Shown one piece after another: positions 13,864 through 25,550 of a stretch of 64,000 nt of DNA (the stretch's first letter is position 1; each line of letters opens with the position of its first letter). Under the pieces are notes generated by a model. That model searched no databases. It was not told the origin of the DNA and saw only the letters and a program-made list of their open reading frames with translations. Origin of the DNA: Ranitomeya imitator (Eukaryota); assembly GCF_032444005.1 (NCBI RefSeq), contig NC_091284.1, positions 692,974,001-693,038,000 of the forward strand, given 5' to 3'. The position numbers and the translations under genes are program-made.

Positions 13864-14539
13864 ATTTCTAATTATTTTGCCCCACCTTTCCCGGCCGACA
13901 CCTAGCTTTCCTGTAAAAAGGTCTTGCTTGTGGACTGGTCTTACTGACTGTTCCAATCTCTTAATTTGCAGCTGCCGTTTGTCCAGCATACAACATGTTT
14001 ACACCTCCCTAAATGGGCTAACTCCCCCCCACGGGGCTGTGGTCTCGCCACTTGGCGCAAGCACCCGTGAGAGTGCCGTTTGTCTGAAGAGGTGGGTGTG
14101 CCCACTTTTGGTTGACGGTGCTGCCACTGGGTCCCTCATAGTACAATGAAGTGTCTCTGGCGGTGGTGGCGCGCACCCAACGTCAGACACACTTTTGTAA
14201 CATGAGGGGCCCTGGGCCTGTACCGCCGGCCACGAGAGAGTGTTTCCCCCCCCAGCTCAAACAGTGCTCTACCACTTGCAAAATTATCTCTCACAGCTTC
14301 ACCACTGTTTAGTCTATGCGCTGAAATCCTTCAATGCCTGGCACTGACAATACTAATTTGTTGACATGTATGATGGTAGTTAAAATATTCAAAGGCCCTG
14401 TCCTACATTTACACCAGTAAATATTTTGCGCCAAATTACAATGTCTGAAAGTCAGCAGAGGAGCCCACCCCTGTACCTAAGTATGCCACCCTTTTTGTTT
14501 TGTTGTTTTGCGAGACATTAACATCTATTTATTTTTTAG

Positions 14540-15620
14540 GAGTACTAACTGTCACACTCCTTCCAATTGTCCCCCGCTGACCACACCAATGCTGCCTGTG
14601 TACCCCTGCAACATAATTCTAACTGCATTGAGCCTAATTTGTTTATTTTAGGCCTACTAAGTCTGTCTGCGGTCCCTCCTTCCAATTGTCCTCCGCTGAC
14701 CACACCAATGCTGCCCGTGTACCCCTACCACATAATCGAAGCTACATTGAGCCTATTTTATTTTAGGCCTACTAAGTCTTTCTGTGGTCCGTCCTTCCAA
14801 TAGTCCTCCACTGACCACACCAATGCTGCCTGTGTACCCCTGGAACCTATTTAAAAGTGCATAGAGCCTACTTTTTTTTATTTTGGGCCTACTAAGTCTG
14901 TTTGCGGTCCCTCCTTCCAATTGTCCTCCACTGACCACACCAATGCTGACCGTGTACCCATGTAACCTTTTTTAAACCTGCATCGAGCCAACTTTGTGTT
15001 GTAAGGCCTACTAGCAGTGTTTTTCTATGCCACTCAATACAGCTGTCCTCTTAAAAAAAAAAATAAAAAAAAATAAACTGCAATTGTCAGGTTTTCAGCC
15101 TATCGGAATTTTAAAACTGCAGTGGGGCTACTAGTTTGGTTGGGGCCTACTAAGTGTCTGCCGCTCCAAGGTGTTCTCCAGGTTGCCTTTCCTGACCTTC
15201 TATCTTCAGGCTCTTGTTAAATAGTTGTTAAATGGAAAAAATACAGTGGGGCTCCAAGTTTTGTTGGGGCCTACTAACGGTGTCTGCCGCTCCTTGCTGT
15301 TCTCCTGGTTTCCTGTCCTGAACTTCGATCTTCAGGCTCTCGTTAAGTAGTTGTTAATATTACACTGCATTTAGCCTACTAGTTGGGTTGGGGCCTACTA
15401 ATGGTGTCTGCCGCTCCTTGCTGTTCTCCTGGTTTCCTGTCCTGAACTTCCATTTTCAGGCTCTCGTTAAGTAGTTGTTAATATTACACTGCATTTAGCC
15501 TACTAGTTGGGTTGGGGCCTACGAACGGTGTCTGCCGCTTCTTGCTGTTCTCCTCCACTGAACAAAGCAGTGCCGCCTGTTTACTACTGTTACCAATTTT
15601 GAACTGCATTTAGCCTACTT
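14540..15620. repeat. Two subterminal arrays of about 120-bp tandem repeats in the hAT 3' region
   Basis: Recurrent ccactgaccacaccaatgctg (4x) and ggggcctact...gtgtctgccgct (4x). Confidence 0.8.
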
Positions 15621-16843
15621 ACTGATTTGGGCCTACTCACTGTCAGCCTCTCATTACAGTTGTCCTCCACTGAACAAAACAATGCCGCCTGGTTAGTCCT
15701 GTTGCCAATTTTGAAATGCATTTAGCCCACTTTATTATTTGGGCCTATATCTGTGTTTCCTCCTCATCCTGCCCATTGCCCAGCCAGTGCTAGATGACTC
15801 TGCTGGTACATTGACCCAGACCGCTACATTCCCCTTGTACGCTACACAGCCAGATTCTGACCCTGCTGAAAGTGAGGTTCCCCTTCCCGCATACTATACC
15901 ACCTTACACTGGGACAAAGAGGAAGGTGCAGGTTCCTTCATCAGGTGGGGGGGGGGATACTCATTGGCGACGTCACTGGCACAGGGCCATTCCTAGTACG
16001 CAAATAGTGTCGCTGCCGGTGGGAGGCGCCCCGGCCGTGCAAACACACCGCCGTACTTTGAGGGGCCCTGTGCCAGTGCCAATGCGAACGAGTGGGGCTC
16101 CCCCTGCTTGCTCAGGATCACAGCACTTGCAAAGTTGAAATACTTACCTCTCCCTGCTTCACTGACGTGACGTGGTCCACGTTTCCTGGGCCCACTAAAT
16201 ACTTGACCCAGCCATACCCCCCACAACTTTAGCCAAATGACCCCCAATGTCCAATGCCTAACTATTATTATAAGGTAAATTAAGATTAACAAGCTTCAGT
16301 ACCAAGAATGGATGTTTTTGCCATTAAAATGGGCACTGTAGGTGTTTTCCTGGCCTCCACTCACTGCCGACTATGCTTCCCCATTGACTTGCATTGGGTT
16401 TCGTGTTTCGGTCGATCCCCGAAAATCAGCCGATTTCACTCGAGTCGACTTTTGAGATAGTCGGGTTTCGCCGACTCGACCCTAAAAAACTAAAAGTCGC
16501 TCAACCCTAGGCAGCATCAATAGTAAAAACTTGGTCACACAGGGTTAATAGCGGCAGTAACGGTTGAGTTACCCGCAGCATAATGCGGTCCGTTACCGCT
16601 TGGATTAACCCTGTGTGAGCCGTGACTGCGGGGAGTATGGAGCGGGCGCCGGGCGCTGACTGCAGGGGAGGGACTAATCGGACTGTGGCCGTCGCTGATT
16701 GGTCACGGCAGCCATGACAGGCAGCTGGCGAGACCAATCAGCGACTTGGATTCCATGACAGACAGAGGCCGCGACCAATGAATATCCGTGACAGACAGAA
16801 GGAAGAAGGACAGACAGAAAGACGGAAGTGACCCTTAGACAAA

Positions 16844-16848
<5 letters not shown>

Positions 16849-16914
<66 letters not shown>
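16849..16914. repeat. (TA)n microsatellite at the Helitron-like 5' end
   Basis: Dinucleotide run. Confidence 0.97.
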
Positions 16915-16921
<7 letters not shown>

Positions 16922-16925
16922 CACG

Positions 16926-17724
16926 CAGTACAGACCAAAAGTTTGGACACACCTTCTCATTTAAAGATTTTTCTGTATTTTCATGACTATGAAAATTGTA
17001 CATTCACACTGAAGGCATCAAAACTATGAATTAACACTTGTGGAATTATATACCTAACAAAAAAGTGTGAAACAACTGAAATTATGTCTTATATTCTAGG
17101 TTCTTCAAAGTAGCCACCTTTTGCTTTGTTGACTGCTTTGCACACTCTTGGCATTCTCTTGATGAGCTTCAAGAGGTTGTCACCAGGGGTGGTCCTTCAA
17201 CAATCTTGAAGGAGTTCCCAGAGATGCTTAGCACTTGTTGGCCCTTTTGCCTTCACTCTGCGGTCCATTTCACCCCAAACCATCTCGATTGGGTTCACGT
17301 CTGGTGACTGTGGAGACCAGGTCATCTGGCGTAGCACCCCATCACTCTCCTTCTTGGTCAAATAGCCCTTACACAGCCTGGAGGTGTGTTTGGGGTCATT
17401 GTCCTGTTGAAAAATAAATGATGGTCCAACTAAACGCAAACCAGATGGAATAGCATGCCGCTGCAAGATGCTGTGGTAGCCATGCTGGTTCAGTATGCCT
17501 TCAATTTTGAATAAATCCCCAACAGTGGAAATCTGTGCTTTGGTCTGATGAGTCCAAATTTGAGATCTTTGGTTCCAACCACAGTGTCTTTGTGCGATGC
17601 AGAAAAGGTAAACGGATGAACTCTGCATGCCTGGTTCCCACCGTGAAGCATGGAGGATGAGGTGTGATGGTGTGGGGATGCTTTGCTGGTGACACTGTTT
17701 GGGATTTATTCAAAATTGAAGGCA
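16926..17724 (-). mobile_element. Truncated Tc1 transposon with an internally inverted segment
   Basis: Terminus cagtacagaccaaaagtttggacacacc; DD34E region FQQDNDPKH...WSPQSPDVNPIE on minus; upstream WSDESKF...VWGCF segment on plus (17528-17724). Confidence 0.88.
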
Positions 17725-17949
17725 GCCTGTTCTTGAGATTCTAAAGCGCTGATGTCAGCGGATCCCAGTGATCAGTAGGTTATCAGTAGGTTACTGAGAG
17801 TAAAAATAGTCCCCAAATATTCTTTAACTACGTTAATAGTAAGAAACTAAAAAATGATACTGTTGGCCCCCTTAAAAATAGTCTGGGTGAAATGGTGGAT
17901 GAGGATGAGGATAAAGCCAATATGCTAAATGACTTTTTTTCATCAGTAT

Positions 17950-19526
17950 CAGGGTGGATTTGATTTAAATCTAACTGATTTAAATCACGATTTAAATCAC
18001 GATTTAAATCACAATTTAAATCACTAGTCAGTAAGGCTTGATTTAAATCAGTGATTTAAATCAAAGTTTCTACCTAACTGAATTTGACTCCGCAGAGGTC
18101 CCAGCCTCTTCTTCACGGCAAAAATGTTACAACATGAACAGAGTTGAGAAAAAGACCTTAATCCTATTGTTCTACAAACCTATGAATACAGAATCAAACC
18201 CTTCAGTGCCAAGTCCAAGAAGTTAGACAATATGTTTCTGATTGTTTGGAGTGGAATAGATCTGCACAACACAAGAAGAATGTGAATCTAAGTGTGAGGA
18301 GGAGGAAGGGCAAGCAGACAAGAAAATGAAAGTGAAACTTTGAGCACAATACTGCAGCATAGCCACAGACAGACAAGTCTGGATCTGTTTGTGTGTACGA
18401 TATGAGGTTTATTACATTCTTTCCTTATAATGGCAGCAGGCCGTAAAAGAGACCCAGTTTGGGAATATTTTAATGAAGCTCCTTCGCCTATCGGTAAGGC
18501 AGGCATGCGTGCAAAATGCAAACGATGCAACAAAGAGATGTGCTCAAAGTTTAACTTTCATTTTCTTGTCTGCTTGCCCTTCCTCCTCCTCACACTTAGA
18601 TTCACATTCTTCTTGTGTTGTGCAGATCTATTCCACTCCAAACAATCAGAAACATATTGTCTAAAGGTACCTTCACACTAAGCGACGCTGCAGCGATACC
18701 GACAACGATGTCGATCGCTGGAGAGCTGTCACACAGACAGCTCTCCAGCGACCAACGATGCCGAGGTCCCCGGTAACCAGGGTAAACATCGGGTTACTAA
18801 GCGCAGGGCTGCGCTTAGTAACCCGATGTTTACCCTGGTTACCAGTGAAGACATCGCTGAATCGGTGTCACACACGCCGATTCAGCGATGTCTGCAGGGA
18901 GTCCAGCGACGAAATAAAGTTCTGGCCTTCTAGCTCCGACCAACGACATCACAGCAGGATCCTGATCACTGCTGCGTGTCAAACACAACGATATCGCTAT
19001 CCAGGACGCTGCAACGTCACGGATCGCTATCGTTATCGTTGTGAAGTTTAGTGTGAAGGTACCTTAACTTCTTGGACTTGGCACTGAAGGGGTTGATTCT
19101 GTATTCATAGCTTTGTAGAACAATAGGATTAAGGTCTTTTTCTCAACTCTGTTCATGTTGTAACATTTTTGCCGTGAAGAAGAGGCTGGGACCTCTGCGG
19201 AGTCAAATTCAGTTTTGAGAACTGCGCAAGTAAAGCGAGCTTCTGTGATAATATAGGAGAGAAACTGCCCACTAATCCTACAGAAACCTCTGGAAGAGCA
19301 TGGCATTGTGAATGTTACACATATACAGCCTTTATTCTATTGAGTTAAACAACTCAGCTTTATCTCATGATGGAAGAACCTTTGGATGGTAAAATATTTT
19401 CCTCAAAAAGCAGTTTATTGAAAAAAATCCGATTTAAATAAAAAAAAATCCGATTTTTTTTTTTTTTATATATATTTTTTTATTTAAAAAAAAAAAACAA
19501 ACAAACATTGATTTTTATCCACCCTG
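17950..19526 (+). mobile_element. Internally deleted fold-back hAT derivative
   Basis: TIR cagggtggat / atccaccctg; perfect 8-bp TSD ATCAGTAT; gatttaaatc subterminal repeats; BED-finger start MAAGRKRDPVWEYF...CKRC at 18430. Confidence 0.88.
18665..19064. mobile_element. PIF/Harbinger-type MITE nested in the hAT derivative
   Basis: TIR aggtaccttcacact / agtgtgaaggtacct; TAA TSD; empty site gtctaacttc readable from the opposite inverted arm (about 18217-18226). Confidence 0.92.
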
Positions 19527-19887
19527 ATCAGTATTTACACAAGAAAATCCCATGTCAGACAATATGATCAGTGATAAAAATTCCCCATTAAATGTCACCT
19601 GCTTAACCCAGCAGGAAGTGCGGCGGCGTCTAAACATCACTAAAATTGACAACTCTCCGGGCCCGGATGGGATACACCCCCGAGTACTGCAGGAACTAAG
19701 TACAGTCATTGATAGACCATTATTTTTAATCTTTAAAGACTCCATAATAACAGGGTCTGTACCACCGGACTGGCGTATAGCAAATGTGGTGCCAATATTC
19801 AAAAAGGGGACAAAAACTGAACTCGGTAATTATAGGCCAGTAAGCTTAACCTCTACTGTGGGTAAAATCCTGGAAGGCATTCTAAGG

Positions 19888-20049
19888 CAGAGGTCCCCAA
19901 CTCCAGTCCTCAAGGCCCACCAACAGGTCATGTTTTCAGGATTTCCTTGGTCTTGCCCAGGTAATAATTGCATCACCTGTGCAATGCAAAGGAAATCCTG
20001 AAAACATGACCTGTTGGTGGGCCTTGAGGACTGGAGTTGGGGACCTCTG
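19888..20049. mobile_element. 162-bp hAT-type MITE in CR1
   Basis: Near-perfect palindrome cagaggtcccc...ggggacctctg; 8-bp TSD TTCTAAGG. Confidence 0.92.
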
Positions 20050-20749
20050 TTCTAAGGGATGCTATACTGGAGTATCTGAAGAGGAATAACCTCATGACCC
20101 AGTATCAGCACGGGTTTACTAGAGACCGTTCATGTCAGACTAATTTGATCAGTTTCTATGAAGAGGTAAGTTCTGGACTAGACCAAGGGAACCCAGTGGA
20201 TGTAGTGTATATGGACTTTTCAAAAGCTTTTGGTACGGTGCCACACAAAAGGTTGATACATAAAATGAGAATAATGGGGATAGGGGAAAATATGTGTAAG
20301 TGGGTTGAGAGCTGGCTCAGGGATAGGAAACAAAGGGTGGTTATTAATGGAGCACACTCGGACTGGGTAGCGGTTAGCAGTTGGGTACCACAGGGGTCCG
20401 TATTGGGCCCTCTTCTTTTTAACATATTAATTACAGGATGATTTATGTAAACTAGAAGCTTGGGCTGATAAATGGCAAATGAGCTTTAATGGGGATAAAT
20501 GTAAGGTCATGCACTTGGGTAGAAGTAATATGATGTATAATTATGTGCTTAATTCTAAATCTCTGGGCAAAACCGTCAATGAAAAAGACCTGGGTGTATG
20601 GGTGGATGACAAACTCATGTTCAGTGGCCAGTGTCAGGCAGCTGCTACTAAGGCAAATAAAATAATGGGATGCATTAAAAGATGCATAGATGCTCATGAG
20701 GAGAACATAATTTTACCTCTATAACAGTCACTAGTTCGACCACACTTAG

Positions 20750-21984
20750 TAACATAGTAACATAGTTAGTAAGGCCGAAAAAAGACATTTGTCCATCCAG
20801 TTCAGCCTATATTCCATCATAATAAATCCCCAGATCTACGTCCTTCTACAGAACCTAATTGTATGATACAATATTGTTCTGCTCCAGGAAGACATCCAGG
20901 CCTCTCTTGAACCCCTCGACTGAGTTCGCCATCACCACCTCTTCAGGCAAGCAATTCCAGATTCTCACTGCCCTAACAGTAAAGAATCCTCTTCTATGTT
21001 GGTGGAAAAACCTTCTCTCCTCCAGACGCAAAGAATGCCCCCTTGTGCCCGTCACCTTCCTTGGTATAAACAGATCCTCAGCGTGATATTTGTATTGCCC
21101 CCTTATATACTTATACATGGTTATTAGATCGCCCCTCAGTCGTCTTTTTTCTAGACTAAATAATCCTAATTTCGCTAATCTATCTGGGTATTGTAGTTCT
21201 CCCATCCCCTTTATTAATTTTGTTGCCCTCCTTTGTACTCTCTCTAGTTCCATTATATCCTTCCTGAGCACCGGTGCCCAAAACTGGACACAGTACTCCA
21301 TGTGCGGTCTAACTAGGGATTTGTACAGAGGCAGTATAATGCTCTCATCATGTGTATCCAGACCTCTTTTAATGCACCCCATGATCCTGTTTGCCTTGGC
21401 AGCTGCTGCCTGGCACTGGCTGCTCCAGGTAAGTTTATCATTAACTAGGATCCCCAAGTCCTTCTCACTGTCAGATTTACCCAGTGGTTTCCCATTCAGT
21501 GTGTAATGGTGACATTGATTCCTTCTTCCCATGTGTATAACCTTACATTTATCATTGTTAAACCTCATCTGCCACCTTTCAGCCCAAGTTTCCAACTTAT
21601 CCAGATCCATCTGTAGCAGAATACTATCTTCTCTTGTATTAACTGCTTTACATAGTTTTGTATCATCTGCAAATATCGATATTTTACTGTGTAAACCTTC
21701 TACCAGATCATTAATGAATATGTTGAAGAGAACAGGTCCCAATACCGACCCCTGCGGTACCCCACTGGTCACAGCGACCCAGTTAGAGACTATACCATTT
21801 ATAACCACCCTCTGCTTTCTATCACTAAGCCAGTTACTAACCCATTTACACACAATTTCCCCCAGACCAAGCATTCTCATTTTGTGTACCAACCTCTTGT
21901 GTGGCACGGTATCAAATGCTTTGGAAAAATCGAGATATACCACGTCCAATGACTCACCGTGGTCCAGCCTATAGCTTAGCTTAG
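20750..21984 (-). mobile_element. Young 5'-truncated CR1 LINE inserted antisense into the older CR1
   Basis: Uninterrupted ORF2 C-terminal frame to a stop at 20855 (LDFSKAFD, GVPQGSVLGP, FADDTKL); (ACTATGTT)n-type tail; 7-bp TSD CACTTAG at 20743-20749 and 21985-21991. Confidence 0.95.
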
Positions 21985-23256
21985 CACTTAGAATACTGTG
22001 CACAGTTCTGGTCTCCGGTGTATAAGAAAGACATAGCTGAACTAAAGCGGGTGCAGAGAAGAGCGACCAAGGTTATTAGAGGACTGGGGGGTCTGCAATA
22101 CCAAGATAGGTTATTACACTTGGGGCTATTTAGTTTGGAAAAACGAAGGCTAAGGGGGGGGATCTTATTTTAATGTATAAATATGAGGGGACAGTACAAA
22201 GACCTTTCTGATGATCTTTTTAATCATAAACCTAAGACAGGGACAAGGGGGCATCCTCTATGTCTGGAGGAAAGAAGGTTTAGGCATAATAACAGACGAG
22301 GGTTCTTTACTGTAAGAGCAGTGAGACTATGGAACTCTCTGCCGTATGATGTTGTAATGAGTGATTCATTACTTAAATTTAAGAGGGGATTGGATACCTT
22401 TCTTGAAAAGTATAATGTTGCAGGGTATATACACTAGATTCCTTGATAGGGCGTTGATCCAGGGAACTAGTCTGATTGCCGTATGTGGAGTCGGGAAGGA
22501 TTTTTTTCTCCAAAGTGGAGCTTACTCTTTGCCACATGGGTTTTTTTTTGCCTTCCTCTGGATCAACATGTTAGGGCATGTTAGGTTAGGCTATGGGTTG
22601 AACTAGATGGACATATAGTCTTCCTTCAACCTTAATAACTATGTATGTTACTATCTCTTATCCTATCAATACGGGATTACTTTTATTTTTGGTGACCATT
22701 TAATTGCATACGTTTTTCCACGGAGCACTGCCAATAATCCATAGAGGGATGGTCACAAGAAGAGCCTCACACCCCCGAAGTTCCATGAACTTTGTGGCTA
22801 AACTCTTGTTTTACTTTCATGGAGGCAAGTACCCTGAACCAGCAGTGAGCAGGTAGGTGGCTTGTCCAATATTTCGAGTTATGCTGAAAAGGTATAAAAA
22901 AAAATAAAAATGGTTGAACAGTGACTAGTTAGGTAGCCTCCTCCAATAGGTGTCACCAGGCAGATGATGAAGGGCAATGATGTACTCTCATTATTATTAT
23001 TTTTTATTTATTATTTTCTGAACCTGATTTTTGTTCTGTATTTCACTGTAAAAAGTTACGTCAAAAATGTTAAATAAAAAGCTGCTCGGTATAACTGAAT
23101 ATACTAAATGAGCTGCTTGTTAAAGTTTTGTTATCTGATGTATTGTAAGGTTTCTATTTGATAACAGTGTCATTGTGTTGCCTGTTTCCGTCTCTGTAAC
23201 ACTAAGTGCAGTAGCCATTACATATGATTACCGGACTCCTTACTTATCTCTTCCAG

Positions 23257-23430
23257 CCATTAAGAAGATGCTGCCATGTTCGAGGCCAACATACAAGACC
23301 GGCATCTCAATTTGGGAGCCAGCCCTGGAATGGACAGGAAAGCTTGGCAGAGAATGACCCCGAAATGTGGGACCTAGTGCGGAAGGAGAAAGACAGACAG
23401 TGTCGTGGACTGGAGATGATTGCCTCTGAA
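23257..23430 (+). CDS. SHMT2: Mitochondrial serine hydroxymethyltransferase, coding exon homologous to human exon 2
   Basis: ttccag|CCA...GAA|gtaagc; encodes PLRRCCHVRGQH...WNGQESLAENDPEMWDLVRKEKDRQCRGLEMIASE, which matches the SHMT2 N-terminus; 174 nt, phase 0/0. Confidence 0.95.
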
Positions 23431-24954
23431 GTAAGCGCTTTTCCCGGCACTTTAGATGCATTTTGTACATTTGATTTGTATTTGCTATGTTTCGGATACA
23501 GCCAGCATTCTTTAATGTTTCTGCCTTTTTTCCAGACTGATGGTCGGATATCTAATATGAAGGAACCGTGCTACTATCGGCACTATACTGATGGTCATGG
23601 TGGTTAGAGCATTTACCGGAGCACTAAAACCATAGGCCACAATTCATCAGCACTTTTAGGCCGACAAACTAGTCAAAATTAGCTTTGGAAATTTTTAAAA
23701 AGTAATTTGAGCAATGCGAGGCTGCTCAGAGCTTTTACGATTTATGGGTTTCCGCTACGACACATTGGACAAAGTTGGGGCGTGACGGAATGTGGCGACC
23801 ACTGCTCCTCAAATTCATAGCGAGCTGTGGCATCCCTTACTCCAGTCAGTGACTAGAGTAAGCTTTGTAGTGTGACACACAGGAAAACGCAAGCCACTTT
23901 CATGATTCATTAAAAAGTGTGCACCGCTTAATGAATAAGTCGCCTCTGACTCCAGCACACCCTCTCAGCCAAGACGATGTAAAAATGCCAGTCTTGATGA
24001 ATCGGGGGCCATAGAAAAGCTAAGGCATCCTAAAACTTCCTACTGTAATCTCATCTTTTTTTCCTTTAAACCTATTTTGCCTCATATTACATTAATCCGT
24101 GTAATAAATGTTCTGTGTCTCAGGAGCTCAGCCTTGTCCGTCTTTCTCCTTACAGTCCTGTGTGTGGCTGTGATACAACTGGCTGCAGCAGAATTCTCCC
24201 TGCTGTGCTCTGCCTGTATTAGGACCAAAGACAGCAAAGCCTCTCCATGTTAATCTGGTCAATGTGATAGGATCTGGTCTATTGACACTCAGCTCAAACT
24301 CTGTCAGAGATTAAGCCGAATGTCACCTTAGTGGGCTCCGATTCTCTTCCATGCAAGAATCTGTCACGGGTGCGGAGAAGATGTTGAACTTAATTTTTCA
24401 ATCTTCATTGTATGGTTGCGCTGATGTCTGACTGCACTCTTATGACATCAGAGTGCAGTCCGATGTTTCCATCGCACCCATGGACTTGTATAGGTGCATG
24501 TGATCCAAATTTGTGAGCCACTCGCAACATTCTATAAATCGACATGAGTGAAAATCACCCCTCTGCACCGCTATAAAACATTGATTAGCACTTAGCCATG
24601 TTATACGCGCATGTTAGCGCGCCGTTAAACTGCGGCAGACTAACAAACAATGAGAAAAATTACATTTCTGGTTAAATTAAAGGGAACCCATTGTCAGGAT
24701 TTTATACCTCACAGTAATGTCCTGTATGTAAAAGTGCTGTGATGCGGAATACCTCCATACTTCACTTGTAGAAATCCTTATTCCCGTTTTAGCCATGTCC
24801 ATTGTTGAAATCTTCTGCGAGTGAGTGCAGCAGGTCGGGCCATATAACTGCGCCTCTCCCTATCTCCCGCCTGCCTCCGCCGTCTGACTAACATTTCCTA
24901 TATACCTTCTACTCCAATGTAATCTTCCTTTTTTGTCTTTTCTCCCTTCAATAG

Positions 24955-25034
24955 AATTTCTGCAGTCGAGCGGCTTTGGAAGCTCTTGGTTCCTGCCTCA
25001 ATAACAAATATTCAGAGGGCTATCCTGGGAAGAG
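24955..25034 (+). CDS. SHMT2: SHMT2 coding exon (human exon 3 homolog); absent from the ORF track
   Basis: atag|AAT...AG|gtgagc; encodes NFCSRAALEALGSCLNNKYSEGYPGK(R); 80 nt. Confidence 0.97.
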
Positions 25035-25102
25035 GTGAGCTGCAGCATCCACAGAAGGATTACTGTACTGATGGTTTGATTGTACTGATGGATTTGGTGT
25101 GA

Positions 25103-25457
25103 GGCTATGTGCACACGTTCAGGAATTCATGCAGAAAATTCCTGAGAATTCCGGACATTTTCTGCATGAAATCCGCAAGAAAACCGCATGCGTTTTTGCC
25201 GCGTTTTTGCCGCGGTTTTTTCCGGACACTTCCCAATGCATTTTGGAGTGGGAAATCTGCAAAAAAACCGCAAAAAGATAGAGCATGTCCGGATTTTGTG
25301 CGGTATGCGGTTTTTTTGCGGAAAAAAATGCATCGTGCACAAAACATCCGGAATTCATTCTAAATGATGGGATGCTTATTGTATGCGGTTTTTTTGCGGT
25401 TTTATAGCGTTTTTATCGGGAAAAACCGCGAAAAAACCGCAACGTGTGAACACAGCC
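25103..25457. mobile_element. PIF/Harbinger-type MITE
   Basis: TIR ggctatgtgcacacgtt / aacgtgtgaacacagcc; flanks tga/taa. Confidence 0.8.
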
Positions 25458-25550
25458 TAAAGGTTTTAATCTTGGGCTGAGTTCACTTAGTTGAGGTGTA
25501 CAATTTAATTTTTTTTATTACAACATTAAATTTCATTGTTAAAACAAATA

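Larger units (their letters stand above)
8542..16509 (+). mobile_element. Full-length hAT DNA transposon (about 7.97 kb)
   Basis: TIR tagggttaagcga / tcgctcaacccta; perfect 8-bp TSD GGCAGCAT at 8534-8541 and 16510-16517; transposase remnants inside. Confidence 0.93.
7885..16914 (-). mobile_element. Non-autonomous Helitron-like element split by an 8-kb hAT insertion
   Basis: Minus-strand 3' end has the hairpin cccgat-N8-atcggg about 10 bp before a CTRR terminus (ccatCTAA); 5' end (TA)n-ttgtctaagggtcacttccgtc; no TIRs; halves 7885-8541 and 16510-16914 joined by the hAT TSD. Confidence 0.6.
17790..22654 (+). mobile_element. 5'-truncated CR1 LINE (ORF2 and 3' UTR) interrupted by three insertions
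   Basis: Segments read FFNYVNSKK...FSSVFTQE, SPGPDGIHPRVLQEL, QHGFTRDRSCQTNL, VYMDFSKAF, PQGSVLGP; 3' tail taactatgtatgttactat. Confidence 0.92.

Noticed and set aside
1-23223. SHMT2 exon 1 and promoter
   Set aside because: No convincing ATG plus 30 nt plus GT exon; the CpG-rich patches here all fall inside transposons.
23431-23607. C-terminal part of the 127-aa ORF 23224-23607
   Set aside because: SHMT2 similarity stops at IASE, exactly at a gtaagc donor; the rest is intron read-through.
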